64,000 nucleotides of DNA from a virus. Numbering within the stretch: the stretch's first letter is position 1; each line of letters opens with the position of its first letter. Made by a program: the position numbers and the translations under genes. This document shows, piece by piece, positions 10,027 to 18,765 of this stretch. Below the pieces are notes generated by a model, which ran no database searches, was not told the DNA's origin, and saw only the letters and a program-made list of their open reading frames with translations. The stretch spans positions 1 through 64,000 of the IMG/VR virus record IMGVR_UViG_3300042522_000315; one strand, 5' to 3'.

Positions 10027-10936
10027 TGAGTTCTTAAAAGAATCTTTAGCATCACAGATACTAGATCAACCTAAATCTAAAGCAATGTCACAAGCTCAGA
10101 AGATGGGTTTGACATATGTTGGATTTGGTCGATTTGCTGATAATCAAGGATCAATAGCATATCTTCTTGATGGTGATAATCTTGTTTCTTTCACTAATCA
10201 GCAAGACATGTATGCAAATTACTATAAAGCTTCAGTAAGCGGTAAGAACGAAAAGACTGACGAACTAAAAAAACAAGCTGATCAATATACAAACACAGTC
10301 TACAAAAGAACTCAAAATGACCAAAAAATTCTTAGTGATGAGAGTAATATGGTCATGCAAGTTGATCAAGCTCTAAAAGAGTTTTACAACGATTCAATGT
10401 ATGATTCGATGGAAATAAATACTCTTATCGATTTTGTTTCTTCTGACTTTGAAGTTGTTAACACATATCTATATCAAGGTTTTGATCCTAGTACAGATGA
10501 AGAGTTAGCAGGATTTGTTACTCAGATGGTAGATGAAATTGATGTGCTGTTTGAAGACAGTCAAGCACCTTTCAATTACTCAGTTTATACTTGTTTGAGT
10601 GGTAGATATAATCCTTCTCAGATAGAAATGAACAGTGAATATGTCTTCAGAGGATATGTTTCAACATCTCTTGATTACAATGTATGTATCGAATCTGCAA
10701 CAGAAGAAGCACAGATGTCTTCTGTTACTTTATTGCAAATTGATATAGGGCAAGGACAGAAGTCGATCTATACAGAAGCCTTCACACAGTCTGGTGAAAT
10801 GGAAACTATGTTACCAAGAGGATCAAAGATTGTAGTTGTATCAGGGCCTCACTCATTGCCTAGCGATGTACTCTTAGGATCAGGATCACAATTGCCTATT
10901 ACACTGTTTTATTGTCAGCTAGTAGAAGAAATATAA
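10013..10936 (+). CDS. Alt-like ADP-ribosyltransferase (VIP2/exoenzyme fold), probable internal protein
   Basis: Leader MLKYDEFLKE; GYVSTSLD (STS motif) and GEMETMLPRGSK (ExE motif); VYT stands where VYR is canonical. Confidence 0.7.
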   Translation: MLKYDEFLKESLASQILDQPKSKAMSQAQKMGLTYVGFGRFADNQGSIAYLLDGDNLVSFTNQQDMYANYYKASVSGKNEKTDELKKQADQYTNTVYKRTQNDQKILSDESNMVMQVDQALKEFYNDSMYDSMEINTLIDFVSSDFEVVNTYLYQGFDPSTDEELAGFVTQMVDEIDVLFEDSQAPFNYSVYTCLSGRYNPSQIEMNSEYVFRGYVSTSLDYNVCIESATEEAQMSSVTLLQIDIGQGQKSIYTEAFTQSGEMETMLPRGSKIVVVSGPHSLPSDVLLGSGSQLPITLFYCQLVEEI

Positions 10937-10939
10937 ATA
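10932..10939 (+). promoter_or_regulatory. T4-type late promoter TATAAATA
   Basis: Exact consensus upstream of the gp67-like gene; gp55 is encoded in the window. Confidence 0.75.
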
Positions 10940-10965
10940 TTTCAAAGTCTATTTCGGAGAAGAAA

Positions 10966-11529
10966 ATGAATAACATCAAACAAGCATTATCAAATATCAT
11001 AACAGGTAATCTTGATGAAATGCGCCAAAATTTCACAAGTGCCTTGATGGAAAAAGCAGTTCAGAAGCTAGAAGAAAAAAAGATTGATATTGCTCAGTCT
11101 TACTTTGCACAGCTAGATGAACAGCAACTATCACCAGTTCAGGCATCACAATTATCTCAGGGTATTGGTGCAATGGAAAAGAGACCATTTGGTCGTCCTG
11201 GTTTTAACATGGGCGGCAGAAGCGCACAAACTGGTACAGTATCCGGTACTGTTCCTGGTTATGGAAGTGGAAAAATGGTAGCAAGCACCGTAAATGAACC
11301 AAAAACAGGTTATGGTCAGTCTACGGTATCTATATCAAGACTTGGTTCTGGTGCACCTATCGGAACAGCAAAGATAGATGATCAAGGTGCTAGAATGACT
11401 CAGATCGGTGCAAAAAGAGTGTATGAAGATAAAGATATGGAAGATGATGATAAAAACGAACGTGAAATGAGCGGACCAGCAATAATACCAAAAAAGAAGA
11501 TGGTTGCTCGTAAGATGAAGAAGGACTAA
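10966..11529 (+). CDS. gp67-like prohead core protein with C-terminal extension
   Basis: N-terminal NIITGNLDEMRQNFTSALMEKAVQKLEEKKIDIAQSYF resembles T4 gp67; lies after the portal gene. Confidence 0.6.
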   Translation: MNNIKQALSNIITGNLDEMRQNFTSALMEKAVQKLEEKKIDIAQSYFAQLDEQQLSPVQASQLSQGIGAMEKRPFGRPGFNMGGRSAQTGTVSGTVPGYGSGKMVASTVNEPKTGYGQSTVSISRLGSGAPIGTAKIDDQGARMTQIGAKRVYEDKDMEDDDKNEREMSGPAIIPKKKMVARKMKKD

Positions 11530-11535
11530 TACACT

Positions 11536-13854
11536 ATGAAAAATCTCAAACAAATCAGAGAATCATACGATTTTATTACTGATAAGTCACATAGAGACCA
11601 ACGCAATCTTGATGCGTTGGTTGAAGCTGGTTTGTTTGAAGAAAGAAAACTTCCTGTACTTAAAAAGATACTTGAAAGTTCTGCTGACAAGATGAGTGGT
11701 TCTGAAAAAAGATTTATAACAAATCTTTTAGAGTCACTCATCGTTCAGTTCTCAAATGATCAGTTATCGGAAGCAAAAGAAGATTATCTTTCAAAGTATG
11801 ATCCAAGAGGTAAAAAAGATCAACCATCAGATTCTGAACTTCCTCCAGTAATCATATTGAAGCGTAAGGCTATTCGAGTGTATCCAGATCATCAAAAAGT
11901 TGCATTATATTATGCTCAATCAATAGATAGATATGTCTCTATACCGTATGGCGGTAATCATGTAATGGCTGTCAATGAAGAAATGTCAGATGATGATAAG
12001 AGAAGACCTGCATCTCAAAGAAGAAAAGAAATTCCTATCAGTAAGAGAAAAGATTTGACTATGGCAGATTTGCCAGAGATCAAAAAATATTTGCTAAGAA
12101 GTACTTTTGCTTCTAAAAATCCATTGAGCGCAGCTTTGATAAACTTAGGAACATACTCAGGTATAAAGTCACGTTTAAAGAAAGCTGCCGCCGTAAAGAA
12201 ACCAAAGATAGAACCAAAGTTCTCTGATATACCTAAAGTACAAGCACCAAAGAAAACAACTGCTCCAACAAGTTTTTCACCAACGGCTGATGCTGCAAGT
12301 GGTGTATGGAAACAAAGAAGACTCGAAGAGAGTTTTAAAAATCGTGTAGAAGTTCTAAGAGAACAAGCAGCATTGAAGTATGATTTTTCTGATAACCAAC
12401 AAAGAAATATCAATACAAATAATATTACAAAAAAATCGGCTACTATTCTTCAATTCCCACAAGAAAAAAACGTATTCAAGAAGAAACCTAGTGTTCGTAA
12501 AGAACTGAAAAATCTTCAACAAAAGATAGACAGAACAAAAAGAGTTTCGCCTGTAGATGCTAAAGAAAAACCAGCTAGATCAGACAATAGAAGAGAACAA
12601 TATAAAAAAGCAGCGCAAGAAAGAATAGCTCGTAAGAATGCTGAAGTGAAACCTGATAAGGTAAAAGGTAAATCAGGTGTACCTTCTATCTTGAAAAGAG
12701 TTGGTCCTGAAATAGGAAAACTTTTCAAGTTCGGTATCAACAGAAATCCATTAATTGGTGCTATCTCTGATGCTACACCTGCAAATGCTCCAGAAGTTCA
12801 ATGGTTGAAAGACAAAGAAGCAACAAAGAGAATTACTGCAAGAGAACCTGGTGGCAATCAAGATTTAGCAAAGCAAATAAAAAAGCGCGATGCTGCTGCC
12901 GCGGCAACCATGTTTAAAGATGCGGGAGTTAGAAGACCAACAACATCTTTCTTGAATGCACCAGATAGACCAGTGCCGCAAATATCTACGACAAAAGAAC
13001 CAGTTGTTTCTACACAAGTTGGTCCTTTGTCAAGACAGTTGAGCGCACAGCAGTCTGCCCAAGTACAAGCACAAGCTAATGCACAGGCCCCCGCGCAGGC
13101 TCTTGCACAGGCTACTGCACAAGCTAATGCACAGCAGTCGTCTAAAACACAAAAACAAGATGATAAGAAACAAAGAGATGCTGATAAGAGAAGATCATCT
13201 GGACCTAAAAATCGTAGAACAGGTAGATCAAGAGGTGGTAGATTGCGTATGCCTGATATCTCTTTACCTTCTTTACCGCCAGGTCCAAAAGAACCAGGTC
13301 CAAACTATCAGTTTGGTTTGAAGCCGTCTGTCTCTGTACCTACAGCAGTAACTAATCGTGCTGCTATAGACACATGGAGCCGTATTATTGATCGTAAAGC
13401 TAACCAAGCAATGCTTAGAGAGTTCACTTCAAGAAATGAAGATGATGAAGATGTTGGTTCAGCTATGACCACACAAGATAATAGTGGAAATGCTAAACCA
13501 GTATATAACTTCAGAAGAAGACCTAGAGTAAGTGTATCTAAAGCAAGTTCTGCTGATGCTGCCGTTCAAAGATGGCTGGAAAGAATTGGTCGTCAGGCAA
13601 ATCAAGCAATGCTTAGACAACAAGATCAACAAGAATCTGTTTATCACACTATTCAAAACATGTTAGAAAACAATATAACAGAGAAAGAAATTGTAATTGG
13701 TGAGCAGGCAATTACGATAAATAACACTGTAGCAAAAAAGATTGTTTCATTACATGAGTCTATGAACAAGAAGAACAAGAAAAAGATGGAAGAAATGTTA
13801 AACGAAAGTGCAACTTCTTTCAATAAAGTTTTAACATTTGCGGTAAGGCACTAA
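11536..13854 (+). CDS. large low-complexity prohead core / internal protein
   Basis: Leader MKNLKQIRE; many L/I-x-E sites; K/R-rich and Q/A-rich segments; located in the head module. Confidence 0.6.
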   Translation: MKNLKQIRESYDFITDKSHRDQRNLDALVEAGLFEERKLPVLKKILESSADKMSGSEKRFITNLLESLIVQFSNDQLSEAKEDYLSKYDPRGKKDQPSDSELPPVIILKRKAIRVYPDHQKVALYYAQSIDRYVSIPYGGNHVMAVNEEMSDDDKRRPASQRRKEIPISKRKDLTMADLPEIKKYLLRSTFASKNPLSAALINLGTYSGIKSRLKKAAAVKKPKIEPKFSDIPKVQAPKKTTAPTSFSPTADAASGVWKQRRLEESFKNRVEVLREQAALKYDFSDNQQRNINTNNITKKSATILQFPQEKNVFKKKPSVRKELKNLQQKIDRTKRVSPVDAKEKPARSDNRREQYKKAAQERIARKNAEVKPDKVKGKSGVPSILKRVGPEIGKLFKFGINRNPLIGAISDATPANAPEVQWLKDKEATKRITAREPGGNQDLAKQIKKRDAAAAATMFKDAGVRRPTTSFLNAPDRPVPQISTTKEPVVSTQVGPLSRQLSAQQSAQVQAQANAQAPAQALAQATAQANAQQSSKTQKQDDKKQRDADKRRSSGPKNRRTGRSRGGRLRMPDISLPSLPPGPKEPGPNYQFGLKPSVSVPTAVTNRAAIDTWSRIIDRKANQAMLREFTSRNEDDEDVGSAMTTQDNSGNAKPVYNFRRRPRVSVSKASSADAAVQRWLERIGRQANQAMLRQQDQQESVYHTIQNMLENNITEKEIVIGEQAITINNTVAKKIVSLHESMNKKNKKKMEEMLNESATSFNKVLTFAVRH

Positions 13855-13857
13855 GAG

Positions 13858-14346
13858 ATGGCAAACATAATAAGAGAACAAAAGCTAATTGATTCTAATA
13901 AAAGAGCTTTAATTAAGTACATCATTCTATCAGATGGTACACAAGAAGCAAATACTCGATTAGTTGATGCATCTAACCTTGCGTTTTCTTTAAATGCAAA
14001 TGGATACATTATGTCTTCTAATACACACGCAAAATCAAATTACAGAACTACCATAAAGAAGATCAAAGCATATAGTAGAACTAGTGGTTCTATTCGTTTG
14101 AAATGGGAAGGCGACGGAAATTCAGAAATCATCGTGTTTGGATCAACTTCTGTTGATTTCAACTTTGAAAATGATGGCGCGGTAATCTCTAACCCAGAAG
14201 CAAATGCTACAGGTGATATTTTAATTAGCACTGCTAATGTTGTGTTTGGTGATGCCATCACAATTTTCCTTGATCTAAAGAAAGACAGTCGTGATTATGA
14301 TGCAGGTCAAACTGCTGACCCATATGCATTCAATAGAGTATCATAA
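13858..14346 (+). CDS. hypothetical virion structural protein
   Basis: 162-aa beta-rich ORF in the head module. Confidence 0.55.
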   Translation: MANIIREQKLIDSNKRALIKYIILSDGTQEANTRLVDASNLAFSLNANGYIMSSNTHAKSNYRTTIKKIKAYSRTSGSIRLKWEGDGNSEIIVFGSTSVDFNFENDGAVISNPEANATGDILISTANVVFGDAITIFLDLKKDSRDYDAGQTADPYAFNRVS

Positions 14347-14347
14347 C

Positions 14348-15115
14348 ATGAGTGGTATCATCTCAAATATCAAGAATAGAAACTATGATGCTGCAAACGA
14401 AATTCTCTCAGAGAATATCACACTTATCATGGAAAAGAAACTGTTTGAGATGAAGAAATCTGTGGCAGCAAAGATGTCTGAACAGATGGGAATAATTGGT
14501 CCATCTCGTGCTGAGAAGCTTCGTTCTGATGTTCTTGAAGAAGATGGTATCGATGAAGCTGTAGATCCAAAAGAAGATAGTTTGTCTGTTGAAAGAGGTT
14601 TACCAAAACAGAAACCTGGTAGCACTCACTACAAGACAACACCAAGCAATGAAACAATTGTGCCTAAGAACAACTTGAAAGAAGAAGAATCTGGTGAAGA
14701 GAGTTCTATGGCTCGTTCAGAACTAAATGCCATAACAAAAGATGCTAAAAGCATTATGTCAAAAGTTAAAGGTAACAAAGAACTTGAAGCTTGGACGCAA
14801 TCAAAAATTACAAAAGCTGCTGACTACTTAAACTCCGTTGCTGATTATATGGACGGTGAAGAAAAACTAGACGAAGCAAGAGTAAAGATCATAAAAGCAC
14901 GTATTCGCGGTGGTAAAATTCAACGCCGCAAGAAAGTATCTAATGTTGAAGGATACAAAGTATCAGGTGGACAGTTACAAAGAATGTCACCTGCTGAAAG
15001 ACGAAATAGAAAATTAGGTCAACGCCGTGGTAAAATCAAGCGCAGATCAAAGATGACAAGAACTCTTATGAAGAGACAAAAATCAATACGCAAAAGAGCA
15101 TCACTGGGACTGTAA
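14348..15115 (+). CDS. gp68: gp68-like prohead core protein (with gp67-like N-terminus)
   Basis: Basic C-terminus RIRGGKIQRRKK...MSPAERRNRK...KRQKSIRKRASLGL, directly upstream of gp21. Confidence 0.75.
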   Translation: MSGIISNIKNRNYDAANEILSENITLIMEKKLFEMKKSVAAKMSEQMGIIGPSRAEKLRSDVLEEDGIDEAVDPKEDSLSVERGLPKQKPGSTHYKTTPSNETIVPKNNLKEEESGEESSMARSELNAITKDAKSIMSKVKGNKELEAWTQSKITKAADYLNSVADYMDGEEKLDEARVKIIKARIRGGKIQRRKKVSNVEGYKVSGGQLQRMSPAERRNRKLGQRRGKIKRRSKMTRTLMKRQKSIRKRASLGL

Positions 15116-15118
15116 CAG

Positions 15119-15763
15119 ATGAAACTGATCAAAGAAGAAGTGCTGAATGTTCAGTACATAACAGAAGAAGTAAACGGTAAAAAAGAAGCTTTTATTCAAG
15201 GCATCTTTATGCAAGCTGAAAAGCAAAACCGTAATGGTCGTGTATATCCACGCCATGTATTAACAAAAGAAGTTGATAGATATAATCAAAACTATGTAAT
15301 GAAGAATAGAGCTTTTGGTGAACTAGGTCATCCTGACTCACCAACAATTAACTTGGATCGTGTATCACACATGATCACAAGTCTTATGCCAGATGGTAAC
15401 AACTTTATCGGTAAGGCAAAAATCTTAGATACTCCTAATGGAAAAATTGTGAAGAGTTTGCTTGATGGTGGAGCAAGTCTAGGTGTCTCAACAAGAGGCG
15501 TAGGGTCTCTTAAGCCATCCAACGGCTTTCAACTCGTTCAAGACGATTTTCATCTTGCCACAGCGGCAGATATCGTCGCAGATCCTTCTGCACCAGATGC
15601 TTTTGTACAAGGTATTATGGAAGGAGCTGAATGGATTTTAACTAATCAAGGATGGAAGGCAGTTCATCAAGAACGCGCTCAAAAACTACTTCGTGAATCA
15701 TCTAGACATGATATTGAAGATGTAGCATTGAAAGTGTTTAAGAATTATCTTTCAAAACTTTAA
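15119..15763 (+). CDS. gp21: prohead protease gp21
   Basis: IQGIFMQAE, NRNGRVYP, GELGHP, GVSTRGVGSL, DIVADPSAPDAFV. Confidence 0.97.
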   Translation: MKLIKEEVLNVQYITEEVNGKKEAFIQGIFMQAEKQNRNGRVYPRHVLTKEVDRYNQNYVMKNRAFGELGHPDSPTINLDRVSHMITSLMPDGNNFIGKAKILDTPNGKIVKSLLDGGASLGVSTRGVGSLKPSNGFQLVQDDFHLATAADIVADPSAPDAFVQGIMEGAEWILTNQGWKAVHQERAQKLLRESSRHDIEDVALKVFKNYLSKL

Positions 15764-15767
15764 AAAT

Positions 15768-15775
15768 TATAAATA
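15768..15775 (+). promoter_or_regulatory. late promoter TATAAATA
   Basis: Exact consensus upstream of gp22. Confidence 0.8.
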
Positions 15776-15799
15776 TATTAAAACAAGGAGTAATCTAAT

Positions 15800-17278
15800 A
15801 TGGGTAAGTCACTTACTGAAACAGCAAAGGCAATTCTTATGAATGAGAATACTGCTCTTGCTGCAACTTTAAGACCAGGTTCAGCATATTCTGATCCAGC
15901 ACAGTCTTTAGGTTCTGCACAGTTTGTTGCAGATGCACCTAAGTCTGCTGGCGAAGGTTCAAATGTTGGTGCTGCTGCCTCTGGCGCTGTCAAAAAAGAT
16001 AAGAGTCAACCAACTTCAGGTGCAAGACCAGCAGAACCAATGGGTTCAATTGCTGAAGAGCTTGATGAAGATGGTGATACACTAGAAGAAGGTAAAGCAC
16101 AAGAACGTGAAGAAGGTGAAAAGGCAACGGCTGCATTTAAAGCAGCAGGAAGAAAAGTGACATATTTACCATCAGGTAAAGCAAAAGGTTCTTCAGGAAC
16201 ATTTAAGAGCAAAGGTGCTGTTGGTGATATTGGTCGTAAAGCAGTATCAACAAATCGTAATCGTAAGCTTGAAGAAATGAAGGGTGGCGGTGAAATTAGT
16301 GCCGTATCTCAAGCTCTTGGACCAGAAATGGCAAGAAAAGAAAGAGCCATGCAAGCTAAAGCTGGTAGAGTTGCTTTAAAAGAAGATGATGAAATTGAAA
16401 TCTCAGAAGAGCTAGAATCATTCATTGATGCTCTTGTTGCTGAAGGTTATGATGAAGATCAGATCGCAGAAGCAATTGAAGAAAACTTTGAACTTGTATC
16501 AGAAGAATTTGAAGATGATATTTCTGAAGAACTTGAAGACTACGAAATTGACATGCAAGAAGCAATGGATGCATTGTTTGCTGGCGAAGAACTTTCAGAA
16601 GAATTCAAAGAAAAAGCTGCAACAATCTTCGAAGCTGCCGTAAAGCTAAAGCTTGCTGAAGAACTTGCAGTTCTTGAAGAAGCATATGCTGCCGCTCTTG
16701 CCGAAGAAGTTCAGTCACTTGAAGAAGGTCTAACATCAAATGTTGATGACTATCTCAACTATGTTGTTGAACAGTGGACATCTGACAACGAAATTGCTAT
16801 TGAAGCAGGTCTTCGTACAGAACTAACAGAAGATTTTATCTCAGGTCTTCGTAATCTATTCACTGAAAATTATATCGACATTCCAGAAGATAAGATCAAT
16901 GTTCTTGAAGAAATGGGTAATCAGGTCGAAGAGTTGACTGATAAACTCAATGAAGAAATTGAACGCAATGTTGCTCTAAGCAAGATGCTTAATGAGTCAA
17001 AGACAAACGAAATTTTAGTTGATGTGTGTGAAGATTTAACAGTTACACAAGCAGACAAGCTTAAGACATTGGCTGAAGGCATTGAATATTCTAGTGTGAA
17101 TGAATATGCACAGAAATTGAATATTCTAAAAGAAAACTATTTCTCTTCATCTGTAAAGTCAGACAGAGTTCTTGATTCTGTTGAATCGGTATCAGATGGT
17201 AGAAACATGATTAATGAAGAACTATCAGGTCCTATGGCAAAGTACGTACAAACACTTGGTAGAACTCTTCCTAAGTAA
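15800..17278 (+). CDS. gp22: prohead core scaffold protein gp22
   Basis: ELSEEFKEKAATIFEAAV, VDDYLNYVVEQW, LFTENYIDIPEDK; lies between gp21 and gp23. Confidence 0.92.
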   Translation: MGKSLTETAKAILMNENTALAATLRPGSAYSDPAQSLGSAQFVADAPKSAGEGSNVGAAASGAVKKDKSQPTSGARPAEPMGSIAEELDEDGDTLEEGKAQEREEGEKATAAFKAAGRKVTYLPSGKAKGSSGTFKSKGAVGDIGRKAVSTNRNRKLEEMKGGGEISAVSQALGPEMARKERAMQAKAGRVALKEDDEIEISEELESFIDALVAEGYDEDQIAEAIEENFELVSEEFEDDISEELEDYEIDMQEAMDALFAGEELSEEFKEKAATIFEAAVKLKLAEELAVLEEAYAAALAEEVQSLEEGLTSNVDDYLNYVVEQWTSDNEIAIEAGLRTELTEDFISGLRNLFTENYIDIPEDKINVLEEMGNQVEELTDKLNEEIERNVALSKMLNESKTNEILVDVCEDLTVTQADKLKTLAEGIEYSSVNEYAQKLNILKENYFSSSVKSDRVLDSVESVSDGRNMINEELSGPMAKYVQTLGRTLPK

Positions 17279-17286
17279 TAAAGAAT

Positions 17287-17294
17287 TATAAATA
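17287..17294 (+). promoter_or_regulatory. late promoter TATAAATA
   Basis: Exact consensus upstream of gp23. Confidence 0.8.
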
Positions 17295-17326
17295 TAATAA
17301 AAGAAAGATTAAAGGAGATAACAAAA

Positions 17327-18676
17327 ATGTATCTTTCAGAAAATTTAGAACATAAGTGGTCACCAGTTCTTGATCACGAAGGTGCCGGTAAGATTAAAGA
17401 TCCTTATCGTCGTGCCGTAACTGCTATGATCTTGGAAAACCAAGAACGTGCAATGGCAGAAGAAAGCCGTGTATTAAATGAAGCTGCTCCAACTAACTAC
17501 GGTGGTGGTCTCGGTAATGCATCTGGTGGTAACTCTGCTATCGCCGCATACGATCCAATTCTTATCAGCTTGGTTCGCCGTGCTCTTCCTAACTTGATTG
17601 CTTATGATATCGCAGGTGTTCAGCCAATGACAGGTCCAACAGGACTTATCTTTGCTATGCGCTCACGTTATACAAATCAGTCAGGCGCTGAAACATTCTT
17701 CAATGAAGTAGATACTGCATTCTCATCACAGAACGCATCTTCAGGTCTATCAGGTACAGGCGGTCATGTTGGTACAAACCCAGTTGCAAACACAGCAAAT
17801 ACTGGTGCATACACAACAGCTAAGGGTATGTCAACAACTCAAGCTGAAGCTCTAGGTGATGGCGTATCAGGTAACGCTTTTGCTGAAATGGCTTTCAGCA
17901 TTGAAAAGGTAACAGTCACAGCACGTTCACGCGCTCTAAAGGCTGAATACACAATGGAACTTGCACAGGATCTTAAGGCTGTTCACGGTCTTGATGCTGA
18001 AACAGAGCTTGCAAACATTCTTTCAACAGAAATTCTTGCTGAAATCAATCGTGAAGTTGTAAGAACTGTTTACACATCTGCTGTTGTAGGTGCCCAGTAC
18101 GGTGTAACAACCGCCGGTACATTCGATCTTGATACTGACTCAAACGGCCGTTGGTCTGTTGAAAAGTTCAAGGGTCTTGTGTTCCAGATCGAACGTGAAT
18201 GTAACGCTATCGCAAAGGCAACAAGACGTGGTAAGGGTAACATCCTTCTAGTATCTTCTGACGTTGCTTCTGCTCTTGCTATGGCTGGCGTTCTTGACTA
18301 CACACCTGCTCTAAACGTTAATCTACAGGTTGATGATACAGGTAACACATTCGCTGGTACAATGCACGGTCGTGTGAAGGTCTACATCGATCCTTACTTC
18401 GGTGGTTCTTCATCTGGTGACGAACTTGCTTGCGTTGGTTATAAGGGTACTTCTCCTTATGACGCTGGTCTATTCTACTGCCCATACGTTCCTCTACAGA
18501 TGGTTCGTGCTATTGGTCAGGATACATTCCAGCCAAAGATCGGCTTCAAGACACGTTACGGCATGGTAGCAAATCCATTTGCACGTGGTTACGACTACGC
18601 TTCACCTGGTCTTGGTGTCATCGCTGATCGTACAAATCAGTACTACAGACTATTCAGAGTTCGCAATCTTACCTAA
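17327..18676 (+). CDS. gp23: major capsid protein gp23
   Basis: LVRRALPNLIAYDIAGVQPMTGPTGLIFAMR, ELAQDLKAVHGLDAE, QPKIGFKTRYG. Confidence 0.98.
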   Translation: MYLSENLEHKWSPVLDHEGAGKIKDPYRRAVTAMILENQERAMAEESRVLNEAAPTNYGGGLGNASGGNSAIAAYDPILISLVRRALPNLIAYDIAGVQPMTGPTGLIFAMRSRYTNQSGAETFFNEVDTAFSSQNASSGLSGTGGHVGTNPVANTANTGAYTTAKGMSTTQAEALGDGVSGNAFAEMAFSIEKVTVTARSRALKAEYTMELAQDLKAVHGLDAETELANILSTEILAEINREVVRTVYTSAVVGAQYGVTTAGTFDLDTDSNGRWSVEKFKGLVFQIERECNAIAKATRRGKGNILLVSSDVASALAMAGVLDYTPALNVNLQVDDTGNTFAGTMHGRVKVYIDPYFGGSSSGDELACVGYKGTSPYDAGLFYCPYVPLQMVRAIGQDTFQPKIGFKTRYGMVANPFARGYDYASPGLGVIADRTNQYYRLFRVRNLT

Positions 18677-18704
18677 TAAGAAGCAAGAACAAAGAGTACA
18701 AACT

Positions 18705-18731
18705 GGGCAGCAGCAATGCTGCCCTTTTTTT
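18705..18731 (+). terminator. intrinsic terminator after gp23
   Basis: GGGCAGCA-GCAA-TGCTGCCC followed by T7. Confidence 0.9.
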
Positions 18732-18732
18732 A

Positions 18733-18740
18733 TATAAATA
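18733..18740 (+). promoter_or_regulatory. late promoter TATAAATA
   Basis: Exact consensus immediately after the terminator. Confidence 0.75.
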
Positions 18741-18765
18741 GAATAAACAACTCAGGACTCATCAT

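Noticed and set aside
13040-13140. GCACAG/GCACAA tandem-like repeats
   Set aside because: They are explained by the Ala-Gln low-complexity coding tract.
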